NCBI GenBank assembly: GCA_918797485.1
Contig: CAKKNE010000001.1
Location: 5,766,001 to 5,830,000 of the forward strand
Direction: 5' to 3'
Length of the DNA stretch: 64,000 nucleotides
Source of the DNA: Pelagomonas calceolata
Taxonomy: Eukaryota
The notes under the pieces are model-generated. The model did no database searches. It was not told where the DNA came from and saw only the letters and a list, made by a program, of their open reading frames with translations. This document shows, piece after piece, positions 42,927 to 53,385 of the stretch. Each line of letters opens with the position of its first letter. The stretch's first letter is position 1. The position numbers and the translations under genes are program-made.

Positions 42927-44555
42927 CTAGCCGGCGAGCTGCGGCTGGACGTCCTGGAGGACCCCCAGCATGTGCGACGGTTGCGCGTCGTCGTTGCCGC
43001 GGACCAGGGGCACGACTCTCAGGAAGTTCTGGAACCGTTGGCCCTGCTTCGTGTAGTTCGTGATCAGTGCGGAACACGCATGGCCCCGCGCCGCCTGGTC
43101 GACGATCTTCGTGATCTCGTCGCGCTCCGAGAGGGGCCCCTGGAGGCACGCCAGGGTCTTGCCCACGGCCTCGTCGGCACTAAACCCGCAGAGCCGGACC
43201 CAGGCGTCGTTGACGTGCTCGATGACGAAGGGCCGCGTCGCCGAAGTGACGACCCGAGCATCTTTTGACTCTTGTAGAGCATCTTCCAACGTATTGGGCA
43301 CCGCGGCATAAGGCTCGGCCACGGGGCTTCTCGAGGCCCTTGTCAATTGCTGCCACAGGCCGATGGTGTCAAAAGTAAGTTCGAGCCGAGCGACGCGGTC
43401 GCCGCGGACACCGCGCGGCGCCGCCCGGAACATCGCCTTCGCGGTACCTCTCTGGCTGAGGACGCACCTACCTTCGGCGTTCGCCACGCGCAGCACCCAG
43501 GGAGCTAGCAGCGTCCCATCCGCCGTCCAGGCCACAGAAGCTCTTTCTAGCACACATTCCGCGCGGCCCTCCTGCGGGGGCATCTCGCTCTCGTCGTGCT
43601 CCGGTTCCTTCGAGCGTCGCCCGCCGCTCCGCGTCTGTCTTCCGGATTCACCTTGGTCCGACGACGACCGCTGCTCGTCCAAAGCGGCTCTAGCTGCAGC
43701 AGCGGCGGCGCGCGCCGCGGCGGCCTCGGCCTCGCTGCCTTGCGATCTAGGTAATCGTGTGAGAGCTGCTAGGCAGGTCCTCAGGGACTTGACGTCGGAG
43801 ATGGCCGCGCGCACTCCTGTTACGGTTCTGCCAGAGACGGTTTGTTCGTACGGCGCAAATGATCTATAAGGCGTGTGCGGCAGGTGCAGCTCAAAGTCCG
43901 GCTCCACGAGTTCGTTCCACAATCTTTCTTCGCTATCCGGATCGTCGGGGTCGATCTGGGGGTCGTCGGCCACTCTTAGATTGAGCAGCGCGTCGACGGT
44001 CTCGACGCGCCGCGCCCGCCTCGCGTCCCTCGCGTCCGCCTCGCGCAGCCGCTGGGCCATGGCCTCGTTTTCTCTTGTTAGGTTGGTCACAGAAAGTTGT
44101 AAATTCTCGACGAACTCCTTCTTCCTACGCCTCGTTTGTCTCGCGTGCTCGCGGTTCCTCGCTCTACACCTATCGGCCTTGTCCTGGAGCTCGCCCTTCG
44201 TCGGCGGTTGGAGTTGTTTTCCCGACGGGGCGCCGGCCCGACCCCTCTTGGGAGCGGGGGCCTGGGCCTGCTCGGACGACACCTCCGAGCCGTCCGTGCT
44301 TCCCGGTTTTCGATCCTCCTCTGACTTAACAGGCTGGAAGCGGTCTTCCGGCGGCAGCATGGCGCCGGCCGTCGGGTCGGGGAATGCGTCGAGGACGCCC
44401 TGGCCGCGAATTTTGTCGTCCTCCGGGGACTCGCTCATGCGGCCCGAGCTCGGCTCGGACTCGGGCGGGAGCTGGGCCAATCCGCTGTCGAGGAAGTCGT
44501 AGGGGCCGAAGAGGCTGTCCAGAGCCTGGTCGCCTTCGTCTACGTTGTCTCTCAT
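42927..44555 (-). CDS. bZIP-PAS transcription factor
   Basis: RARNREHARQTRRRKKEFVENLQ...L..EN (bZIP); PFVIEHVNDAWVRLCGFS..EAVGKTLACLQGP...NYTKQG..F.N (PAS). Confidence 0.9.
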   Translation of the reverse strand: MRDNVDEGDQALDSLFGPYDFLDSGLAQLPPESEPSSGRMSESPEDDKIRGQGVLDAFPDPTAGAMLPPEDRFQPVKSEEDRKPGSTDGSEVSSEQAQAPAPKRGRAGAPSGKQLQPPTKGELQDKADRCRARNREHARQTRRRKKEFVENLQLSVTNLTRENEAMAQRLREADARDARRARRVETVDALLNLRVADDPQIDPDDPDSEERLWNELVEPDFELHLPHTPYRSFAPYEQTVSGRTVTGVRAAISDVKSLRTCLAALTRLPRSQGSEAEAAAARAAAAAARAALDEQRSSSDQGESGRQTRSGGRRSKEPEHDESEMPPQEGRAECVLERASVAWTADGTLLAPWVLRVANAEGRCVLSQRGTAKAMFRAAPRGVRGDRVARLELTFDTIGLWQQLTRASRSPVAEPYAAVPNTLEDALQESKDARVVTSATRPFVIEHVNDAWVRLCGFSADEAVGKTLACLQGPLSERDEITKIVDQAARGHACSALITNYTKQGQRFQNFLRVVPLVRGNDDAQPSHMLGVLQDVQPQLAG

Positions 44556-45129
44556 CGTGTTTTATCGTGTTTTATCGTGTTCTATCGTATTCTTGTGCGA
44601 CGCCTTCTTTAGCGCCGGGCGGAAGACAGGTCGGTCTGTGGGCGCTTCGCGTTTTTATCGCCCGCGCAGCCTTTCCCGAGCCCTGCCCTATCCAGCGCGA
44701 GTCACCGCAACGTCTCGGGGGGCTTGCGCTACGTCGCGCGGCGGTCCTCACGTAGAGGTGAAGGTCGCTCCTTTTACTGCGAGCTCCTCCGCCGGGGCGC
44801 TGAAATTGCGCTCTTGAGGGCTTCACAGCTCAAGGCCAATCGATCCTGACCGCGGGCTTGGCTTATAAAAGTCTAGCGGCGGAGCGGCTTCCTTTATGCC
44901 TCCCGCTGCTGCCCCCTGCTCGATTTCTGGACGGCTAAGACGGCAACTACAAACACGCCTCAGACCTCCAAAGAGAGCACTCGGCACACGGGTGGGCCTC
45001 TGGGCTCACGAAAAGGACGGGTACGCGACGCGCGACAAACCCGCACGCAGGGAGAGCACCCAGGCAGCTGTCTAGAGGCAAAACTGTCGTACCGCACACA
45101 GTCCTCGTATTTGAGCTTGCACTATACAC

Positions 45130-45921
45130 TCAACTTACACCCAACAACTCCAACCGCCTTAGCTCACAAGTCTCCAGGTGCGGCAACGACCGGTGCGCGG
45201 ACACGTCCACGCCCGCGAACGCCGTCTGGAGGATCTGGAGGCAGTCGCCGTGCGACACGAGGAGGACCGCGTGGCCCTCGCGCGCGCCTTCGACGCGCTG
45301 GACCGCGCCCGCCGCGCGTTCCAAGACGGCGCAGGCCGCCTCGACGCCCCACGCCGTATGCGTCGCGTCGATGGCGTCTTGCTCCCAGACCGCTTCGTAC
45401 GCCGTGTTCGGCCCCAGCTCGAAGTCGCCGAAGTCCCGCTCGCGCAGCGCCGGCTCGGCCTCGACGTCAGCATGGACCGCCTTGGCGACGATCTTCGCAG
45501 TCTCGAACGTGCGCGAGAAGTCCGACGAGAGGATCGTAACGGGTCGCGTCCGCACGATCGCTTTGAACGCGTCGCCGGCGGCGCTAGCCTGCTCCCGCCC
45601 GGTCGCGTGGAGGCCTGCGCGGTAAGACGTCGTCTGCCCCTCTCGTGTCTGCTCGACGGCGTGGAGGCCGACGGTACGCCATCGACGCGACACCTGAAAG
45701 GCACCTTCCCACACCGAAAACGCACCGTACTCGAGCCGCGCGCCGCTATCGATGCGGCTGACGATGATACCGGCCTCGTTCGCCTTTGACCAGCCGTGCC
45801 TCAACGCGTAGTACTCGTTCCTGAGCGACTGCTGGCCCGGCGCCAGGAGCAGGGCTCGCGGCTGTGACAGTGAGGAGGCTGTACGCCGCGTGCTCCGCAG
45901 AAAGGGCTGGAGCAGTCTCAT
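45130..45921 (-). CDS. Histidine phosphatase / phosphoglycerate mutase family; in-frame intron 45615-45725
   Basis: LRHG, SSDFSRTFETA, LRERDFG, LLVSHGD.LQILQ. Confidence 0.85.
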   Translation of the reverse strand: MRLLQPFLRSTRRTASSLSQPRALLLAPGQQSLRNEYYALRHGWSKANEAGIIVSRIDSGARLEYGAFSVWEGAFQVSRRWRTVGLHAVEQTREGQTTSYRAGLHATGREQASAAGDAFKAIVRTRPVTILSSDFSRTFETAKIVAKAVHADVEAEPALRERDFGDFELGPNTAYEAVWEQDAIDATHTAWGVEAACAVLERAAGAVQRVEGAREGHAVLLVSHGDCLQILQTAFAGVDVSAHRSLPHLETCELRRLELLGVS

Positions 45922-46119
45922 CCCTGGCACTTTTCGACACTGCTAGATGTGCGGAGCTTAGTTTTGGAACGAATTGTCCACAGGCACGGCATGCAGGCTG
46001 CACCAAAAAGTGGTGCCAGAGAGAGCAAAATGAGCAAATTGCAATGACGGCGTCGAACGGCCCAATCACCCAAATGGCTGCTGCTCAATATGGATAAGTG
46101 ATCACACAAAACGGTCACA

Positions 46120-47421
46120 ATGGGCGCCGGTCGCGCAGCCCTCGCATTGACGGCAGGCCTAGCCTGCAGTCTCCCAGTAGCTCTCTGGCTGCTCGCGCGA
46201 CGACGACCGAAGCGCCGCGACGCGATCGTCGACGCGTATAAGCAACACATTCAAGCGCTCGTCGCGCGGCTGCGGAACCTCATCGCCGCGGACGACGCCG
46301 CGCCGCCGCCGCAAACGCCGCCACAGACGCCGCCGCGGAGCAAGCCAGCACAGCGCGACCCGGAAGAGGCGTACTCCTTTGCCTATCGCCTCGATTTACA
46401 AGGAGACAACATCACATTAGCGGCCGAAGCATTGGCGTGGGTGCAGTGCCGGCGGGCCGTCGCCGACACCTGCGCCTCGCACAATCTGAAACAGATCACG
46501 TCCGAAACGATAGTCTACGATGGTGTCATCGAGGCGACCACCGCAGCGCCGTGCGTCGCCCGGTTCCTCCATGGCCTCGCGGCCGTGGACAACGTCGACA
46601 TACTTGTCAAAGCCCTGGCGGCGGCGCGGTCCCACGTCGACGCGCAGCGCCCGCGCCGTTCTTTGATAGCGACGCTTGCCAAAGGCGGGGAGGTCTTCGA
46701 CGTGGCCCTCGCGAAGGACGCGAAAGTGGCTTATGATGATGTGTCGATCTTTCTGTCCGCGAAAAAGAAAAAAATAGGATACGTGCTGTGTCGCGTCGAG
46801 AGCGGCCCCCGACTCGTACTAAGGGGTTTACATGTTGACGAGAAGCGCCGGGGCGAAGGTTTGGCCACATTGTTAGTGAGGCTGTGGCTGGCCGTCGCCG
46901 AGGAGCTCGGTTGTGGAATAACAACGCAGGCCATCGACAAGCCTGTCGTTGCCGTTATTTTGGAGGCCGCGGGCCTCGAGCCGCGGTCGTCGAAGTTTGA
47001 GGTATGATGCGGCGTCCGATCTCCACTCGCCATCGAGCAGATGTCGCGTCGATGGCGTGGAGGTTGACGCGAGTCGCGCCCGATCACAATCGCGTCGCAG
47101 GTCAAGGTCGCGCGCGACGCGCAGAATAGGACCGTGGTCTGGAGCCACAGCACGGACGCGCGGTCCCTCTTCAGCCGCCGCTTCGAGAGCTCGCAGGGCT
47201 TCCGCGTTAAAGATGAGGGCGAGATGTCGCCGAAGCGCAACGTGCGCCGCGCCCACGTGCGGACAACGTTTGCGCTGCCTCTCGATAGAGCGCCGGAGCC
47301 GCTTCAAGGCATATCCTGGCGCGCCGCGCGGTTGGTCGCCTTCGCGAACGGCGTGCCGGCGCTGCGGCGGCGTTTAAGGGCGGGCGAGGGAGTCGCTTCG
47401 CCACCACGTAGCATACGGTAA
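46120..47421 (+). CDS. GNAT acetyltransferase-domain protein; exons 46120-47001, 47101-47421
   Basis: LRGLHVDEKRRGEGLATLL acetyl-CoA motif; GT-AG intron 47002-47100 in frame. Confidence 0.7.
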
Positions 47422-47519
47422 GAAGTTTTGAGGACGTCTAGAAGCGCCGGGCTCCACGCCATCGACGCGAGTCGCCAGAGCTACTAGTAGAGGATACAAA
47501 CATTTAAAGGGGGAACGAG

Positions 47520-48785
47520 CTAGGCGACGTCGTCCGACCGCACGGCGCCGTACGCGCCCCAGGACTGGTCCGCGCAGGGCCGCGCGAAGAGCGGCTCCAA
47601 CCTAGAGGGGGGCGTCGCCTCGCGCAGCGTCGCGTAGATCGAGTTGTAGCAGTTGCGTCTACAGCCTTTATCGTTGCTGTTGATCGCGTGGCGGTAGACG
47701 CCTCTTACGGATTCGTTCGTCGTCTGCGAGATGGCCGCCAATCTTAAATGGAAGCAGAGTAACGAGACCACCGGAAACGCTAGACCCGCCGCGACGGCCG
47801 CGGCTCCTAACGGCCACGGCGCCGTCTGCACTTCCTCTATTTCAAAAGCCGTAGCAGGTAACTCAGAAGCTTTGAAGGCCAGCACCATTCTAAAGGTGGT
47901 AATGCAAACAACATAGACGATCAGCAGCACCTCGCAGTTCAGGAACAACGCGAAGTACGCATAATTTCTTTTGGCCACACAGGTGCCAAGCCATGGGCAA
48001 TGGTGATCGAAGAGCTCCACGCAGTTGTTGCACGACCCGCAGTGCTTCGACCTAGCTGGTCGTACTAAGTTACATGTGTGGCAGATCTTGAGGTCGGGCG
48101 CGTCCTCGCAGCCGGGCGGGAGGCTCGGTTTCGCGTCCGGCGGGTTCCTCGGGATGACGCCGGGATCCATGAGCGCGGCCCGCCACAGCAGGTACATGCA
48201 GGTCCCGTAGATCATGACCAGTAAACATCTCATGATGAGCCAGGTGTCGTACGAACAGCCGAAATCGTCAGAACTTTTAAGGGTAGCACACCACACTACG
48301 AGAGTAGGAATCGTCGTCATGGCGTTCGTCGCGGCGAACCCCGACGTGTCCGGTCCTAATACAAACCTCCCCTTCCTTCCGAGATAGTTGTCGCCCGGCC
48401 ACGCCTCGCGCGGGTCCACATTCGTTGTTGGTGAACACCTCCACCCACACGTCTCGTAGATTCTTGTGGAGTCGACCCACCCAAACCTACCGTCCCACCA
48501 GACCCAGAGCCAGCCGCCCCTTCGCTTGTACGCGTTGACCACTCGAGCTTGGCCGAAGGGCTTCGATTGAATAGAAGCGACGCACCTCGACGTCGAATCG
48601 GGCTCCTGCCTCACGGGCACGTGCCTTCTCCTTAAACGTGCGGGCACGAAGCGGTAGCTGACGGGCTGGCTGGTCATGTCCTCGACGCCAGTGCCCCCAT
48701 CAGACTCGTCATCGTTGTCGTCGTCGTCGGGCCGCGGCGTGTCGAGCTGCGGCGCGCTCGTTGTGGTGAGCTCCTGCTCGCGCAT
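47520..48785 (-). CDS. DHHC palmitoyl (S-acyl) transferase
   Basis: C.TC...[36 protein letters not shown]. Confidence 0.95.
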   Translation of the reverse strand: MREQELTTTSAPQLDTPRPDDDDNDDESDGGTGVEDMTSQPVSYRFVPARLRRRHVPVRQEPDSTSRCVASIQSKPFGQARVVNAYKRRGGWLWVWWDGRFGWVDSTRIYETCGWRCSPTTNVDPREAWPGDNYLGRKGRFVLGPDTSGFAATNAMTTIPTLVVWCATLKSSDDFGCSYDTWLIMRCLLVMIYGTCMYLLWRAALMDPGVIPRNPPDAKPSLPPGCEDAPDLKICHTCNLVRPARSKHCGSCNNCVELFDHHCPWLGTCVAKRNYAYFALFLNCEVLLIVYVVCITTFRMVLAFKASELPATAFEIEEVQTAPWPLGAAAVAAGLAFPVVSLLCFHLRLAAISQTTNESVRGVYRHAINSNDKGCRRNCYNSIYATLREATPPSRLEPLFARPCADQSWGAYGAVRSDDVA

Positions 48786-48981
48786 GGTTTTTTAGGTCCG
48801 GCGGTGCTTATCACCTTTTTAGCCTTTTTGGCTGGTGGGCTTAAAAGGGTGCTGGAGCGCCCGGCTGCTTTGCTAGTTGGCTACTCGCTCGTATGAATTG
48901 CTATTCTGTAACGTAAGGACGTTGCTGCTCGCTCGCGCGCAGCGTCGCTGCTTTTTTTTTGCGGCCGCCGCTAATCCCTGG

Positions 48982-49005
48982 GCTAGCGGCCGGTAAGGCA
49001 CTAGC
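48982..49005 (-). promoter_or_regulatory. Conserved intergenic quasi-palindrome, copy 10 (plus: gctagcggccggtaaggcactagc)
   Basis: Motif match, almost exactly midway between divergent ATGs at 48785 and 49205. Confidence 0.7.
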
Positions 49006-49204
49006 AAGCAAGCTGCCGAGTTTTGCTTCTTCCAGGGCTCAGAGGCGTCCGGAAGCGTCGTCTCATGGTACAAGGAGGTGGTTTAGTTTCGCGAGCCTAC
49101 TTGCTGCTGAGTGTCTCACTGCTACTGCGTGTCTCACTGTCGCCCGCTCGCACCCGGCTTGCAACCGATCAGACTTGACGTTTTTGCAAATCAGAGAAGC
49201 AGCG

Positions 49205-50054
49205 ATGCCGTCGCTCACCAAAACGCTCGTCGTCCTCGCTGTTGCGGCCAATGGTTTCCTCGCTCCTGCCCCTCAGAGGCCAGCGACGGTGCTGCAAGCG
49301 GCCACGATCGCTGCCAAGGACGTCAGTGCGCTGCGGAAAGCCTCCGGTACCAACCGGTGCAAGAAATGCAAGAAAAACGGCGCCTTCAAACTGGTCGCGC
49401 GGGCCGCTCGGACGCGCGAGCTCTCCAGCCGTGCGTTGCCGCCGCGACGCCATCGCCGCGACACAGAAAAACACACAACACAAAAACGCAGGCGCCGGCA
49501 TGATGGACTGCAAGAAGGCCTTGGTCGAGGCCGACGGCGACGTCGAGAAGGCCTCGGAATGGCTGCGCGTCAAGGGCCTCGCGTCCGCCGCGAAGAAGGG
49601 CGAGCGCGCGACGAAGGAGGGCCTCATCGAGACCTACGTGCACACGGGCGGCAAGTTAGGTGTGATGGTCGAGGTGAACTGCGAGACGGACTTCGTGTCC
49701 AAGGGCGACAAGTTCAAGGAGCTCTGCAAAATGCTCGCCATGCAGATCGCGGCGTGCCCGGGCGTCGAGTACGTCAAGGCCGAGGACATCTCGGAAGAGG
49801 CGCGCGCCAAGGAGCGCGCGTTGGAGATGAAGAGCGAGGACCTCGAGGGCAAGCCCGAGGCCATCAAGGAGAAGATGGTCGAAGGGCGGGTCAACAAGAT
49901 GTTCAAGGAGAAGATTCTCTTGGATCAGAAGTACATCAAGGACGACTCCATGACGGTCGCGGACTTCGTCGCGAGCTACGTCGCCGTGCTCGGCGAGAAC
50001 ATCCAGGTCGCGCGGTTCGGCACGTTCCGCCTCGGCGAGACGCAGGACGCGTAG
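49205..50054 (+). CDS. tsf: Plastid-targeted elongation factor Ts; exons 49205-49346, 49492-50054
   Basis: Signal peptide + ANG-FLAP transit start; LRKASGAGMMDCKKAL, EVNCETDFV, LAMQIAA, GENIQVARF..F.LGE. Confidence 0.93.
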
Positions 50055-50217
50055 ACTCGACTAAAGATTGGGGAAAGAAGCCTTACGCGGGTGTCAAACC
50101 GGGAAGGGATGGGATGGGGATTCAGTCGGCGTCCGCGCACTCGTCCGTGCCGGCCCGGCCGCTGGGGATGGAGGCGTCCGTCTCGCGAGGTGCTAGTTCG
50201 CGAGCCGTTGCGGCCTC

Positions 50218-50647
50218 GGTTCTTGTTCTTGTCTTGTGGCGACCGTTGCCCGTGGGCGCCGGTGCGGCCTGGTCTTGTTCTTGTGGCGACCGTTGCCCGT
50301 ATAGTAGCGGGCGCCGGTGCGGCCTGGTTCTTGTGGCGACCGTTGCCCGTATAAAGCGGGCGCCGGTGCGGCCTGGTCTTAACATGCAATCCATATTGGT
50401 TATATTGGATTATGAAATAGGCAGTATGGCAGTGTTGTTCGTATGTTGCGAGCAGCAGACCACACTTCCTGGTCTTGTTCTTGTGGCGACCGTTGCCCGT
50501 ATAGAAGCGGGCGCCGGTGCGGCCTGGGTCTTGTTCTTGTGGCGACCGTTGCCCGTATAAAGCGGGCGCCGGTGCGGCCTGGTCTTGTTCTTGTCTTGTG
50601 GAGGCGACCGTTGCCCGCGGCCTTGTTCGCGGGCGCCGGTGCGGCCT
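50218..50647. repeat. Minisatellite, ~6 x 50-65 bp units split by an AT-rich insert
   Basis: Unit ggtcttgttcttgtggcgaccgttgcccgtataaagcgggcgccggtgcggcct; unique tract at ~50381-50467. Confidence 0.9.
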
Positions 50648-50649
50648 CC

Positions 50650-53385
50650 TTAGCAGTTCGACCAGCTGTTGCTGGTGGTACCAGCAAGGTTGTTATTATT
50701 GATCTTGATTTTGGTACTTGGCGTGCGGTAGTACCCCGCGGCGGGAAGCCCCCCGGAGGCGGGTTGAATAGTCGCAGAGCCCCAAATCTTGAAGTTTCCG
50801 CTGCCGCAAACGACCACGTTACCCCCGGGTCCGACCGTAAGAGAACCGCTCCAGGGGTTGGTGTACCCGTTTGCTGCATTCGGGGCAGTGAGACACAACG
50901 TTTGCCCATTGCCGACATACACGGAGCCCGACGCCGGTAGAGTCATCGTGCAAGCCGGGCTCGTCGGCCCGCCCACCGTCGTCGACGTCGTGGTTGGCGC
51001 TGGAGTCGGCGCGGCCGTCGGTCGCGGCGTTGGCTCGGATGTGGGCTCGGCCGTCGGCGGCTTTGGCTGGCAGCAGCAATCGACGGTAGACGAGTCGTTA
51101 CAATCCCAATCGCCCCAGCCGTCGTTGATGTGGCCGACGCATCTTTGATCGGCGTGGTTCGGCTGACCGCTGAGCCAGTTCGTATGCAGGACCAGGTCCG
51201 AATCGCACGTCTCCTGCCATTCGTACGTACCTTGCGTCTCCAAGTCGTCCAGTGCAATCCAAACGCTTAGAGTGCCATTGTACGCGTCCGCGAGCGCCGC
51301 TTCGTCCTCGGCCGACTTGAGGCACGGCATCATCATGCCGCCCGCAGCGCACTGGGCCTGGCAGGTCGCGTAATCCATTTTGCCGATCATCGTGCAGAAC
51401 GGCTCGACCGTGGGCGCGGATGTCGGGAAATGCGTGATGCCGTCGCACCGGTCCAGTCCTGCGTTGCCGTAGATGGCGCAACCTGTTCCCGAGCAGGACG
51501 CTGATCCCATCGAGCCGCCCGGACAACACGCGCTCCCGTCGCCGTAGCGCGTGGTCCCGGCCGGGCAGCAGTAGGTCTGACCCTCATGAGGCCAACCCGT
51601 CGGAATGCTCGCGATGCAGCGGGTCGTGTCCAGGCCCGTCGGCTCCGCCGTGGTCGGCACCGGCGTCGGCCCGGCTGATGGCTCACCGGTCGGCGCGGCC
51701 GTCGGTCGCGGCGTCGGCCCGGCCGTGGGCTCGCTCGTAGGCTCGGCGCTCGGCTCGGGCGTCGTCGGCGCGGCCGTGGGCGGATCGGTGGCCACGCAGG
51801 ACACCGTGGCCTCGCCGACCCAGATGCCGCCGTCCCACGCGCCCGCCGCGTACTCCGAGCCGTCCGCGCGCGCGGCGACGGCCATCCAGCTGAGGCCCGA
51901 CCCCGCCTCTCCCTCCGTCCAGCTCTGGCCGGCGTCCCCGCTGACCCAGAGGCCGCCGGTCGCGGCGGCGGCGATCAGCCTGGTCCCGTCGGCGCTCACC
52001 GAGATGTCCCGCCACGGCTGCGTCGCGCCCACGACGGAGTGCTCCGTCCAGTTGCCGCCGCCGTCCACCGAGATCCAGATGTTGCCGTTGTACTCGGGGG
52101 CGGCGATCGTGAGGCCGTCACTGCTCGAGGCGACGGCCCAGAAGCTCCGAGTGGTCCCGCCCGGCAACACCTTGGTCCAGGCGTTGCCCGAATCGGCGGA
52201 GTACCAGACGCTTCCGTCGTTGGAAAAGCCCGTGCCCGTCACCGCGACGAGCCGGGTGCCGTCTGCGCTCGATGCCACGTCGAGCCACCTGTGGTGGCGC
52301 GACTCGAGTTCCTTCTTCGTCCACGACGCGCCGGCGTCCGGCGAGAGCCAGATGTCGCCGTAGTCGGCGACCGCCACGAGCTTCATGCCGTCGGCGCTCG
52401 AGGCGACCCCGCGCCAGTCGATCTGCGACGTCGGCTCGGGCTGCCCCGCGGCCTTGGCCCACGTCGCGCCCCAGTCATTGGACACCCAGATGCCGCTCTT
52501 CAGAGCGTAGTCCAGAGCAACCAGCTTCTGGCCGCTCGCGCTCGCCGCGACTGCATCGTAGCTGCCCTGGTTGCCGTTCTGCGACCAGTTCTCTCCGCCG
52601 TCGTTTGACACGGCGACATAGGTCGACGCGCCCGCCGACGCGAGGGTTCCAAAGTCCTCGCTCGCCGCCAGCGCCTTCCACTGCGTGTCTCCGGAGAACT
52701 TCTCGGTCCAGGTCAGCGACCACGACTTGACCTCGCCGGGTGCGCACGTCGGCTCCACCGTGGGTTGCGCCGTCGGTCGCGGCGTCGGCCCGGCCGTAGG
52801 CCCGACTGTCGGCTCGGCCGTCGGCTCAGCCGTAGGCTCAGCCGTAGGCTCGGCCGTGGGCTCGGCCGTAGGCTCGGGCGGAGGCTGCGTCGTGTGCGTC
52901 GTCGTCGAAGTCGTAGGACTACTTGTGGGCTCGGCCGTGAGCTGAGCCGTAGGCCCGCCTTCGGGCTCCACAGTGTCGGCCGTGGGCTCGGTCGTGGGCT
53001 CCGCTGTAGGCTCGGCCGTGGGCGCGAGATATCCGTCCCAGTGATAGTTGCAAGGGCCCTTCTGGTTGTTGGCCCCGCCCGCCAGGTTGATACAAGAGTT
53101 GGGGCCCCTGGTCACACACTCGCTGTCGACGAGGTTTGGGTCCGGGTTGAAGCAGTTCTGGAGGGGCGACTCATAGTTCCCGCACTTCACGGCGAGACTG
53201 TCGCAGAAGGCGGCAGTCTGCCCGTAGTTGAGGCACTTTCTACGGCAGGTGAGTTCGTAGTTCGACGGGTACGTGGGCTTGGCCGTAGGCTCGCTCGTAG
53301 GCTTAGCCGTGGGCACCGCCGTGGGCACCGCCGTGGGCTCCGCCGTGGGCGTCCGCCCGTGGTGTTGGCGCCGTCGACCCAGCAT
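50650..53385 (-). CDS. Mucin-like PT-repeat protein with BNR/Asp-box propeller and C-type lectin domain; 5' end doubtful
   Basis: PTAEPT repeats; W..VASSADG.KL.A...S.D.G.SW repeats; VWIALDD...W...NW..GQPN...C...WGDWDC. Confidence 0.75.
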   Translation of the reverse strand: MLGRRRQHHGRTPTAEPTAVPTAVPTAKPTSEPTAKPTYPSNYELTCRRKCLNYGQTAAFCDSLAVKCGNYESPLQNCFNPDPNLVDSECVTRGPNSCINLAGGANNQKGPCNYHWDGYLAPTAEPTAEPTTEPTADTVEPEGGPTAQLTAEPTSSPTTSTTTHTTQPPPEPTAEPTAEPTAEPTAEPTAEPTVGPTAGPTPRPTAQPTVEPTCAPGEVKSWSLTWTEKFSGDTQWKALAASEDFGTLASAGASTYVAVSNDGGENWSQNGNQGSYDAVAASASGQKLVALDYALKSGIWVSNDWGATWAKAAGQPEPTSQIDWRGVASSADGMKLVAVADYGDIWLSPDAGASWTKKELESRHHRWLDVASSADGTRLVAVTGTGFSNDGSVWYSADSGNAWTKVLPGGTTRSFWAVASSSDGLTIAAPEYNGNIWISVDGGGNWTEHSVVGATQPWRDISVSADGTRLIAAAATGGLWVSGDAGQSWTEGEAGSGLSWMAVAARADGSEYAAGAWDGGIWVGEATVSCVATDPPTAAPTTPEPSAEPTSEPTAGPTPRPTAAPTGEPSAGPTPVPTTAEPTGLDTTRCIASIPTGWPHEGQTYCCPAGTTRYGDGSACCPGGSMGSASCSGTGCAIYGNAGLDRCDGITHFPTSAPTVEPFCTMIGKMDYATCQAQCAAGGMMMPCLKSAEDEAALADAYNGTLSVWIALDDLETQGTYEWQETCDSDLVLHTNWLSGQPNHADQRCVGHINDGWGDWDCNDSSTVDCCCQPKPPTAEPTSEPTPRPTAAPTPAPTTTSTTVGGPTSPACTMTLPASGSVYVGNGQTLCLTAPNAANGYTNPWSGSLTVGPGGNVVVCGSGNFKIWGSATIQPASGGLPAAGYYRTPSTKIKINNNNLAGTTSNSWSNC

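Noticed and set aside
42927..44555. Aureochrome
   Set aside because: Lacks the NCRFLQ photoactive cysteine motif and has a long insert between bZIP and PAS.
48959..50560. 533-aa plus-strand ORF
   Set aside because: Artefact of reading EF-Ts exon 1 through the intron and out of frame into the repeat array.
50218..50647. CRISPR-like array
   Set aside because: Units are contiguous without unique spacers, there are no cas genes, and the context is eukaryotic; it is a minisatellite.
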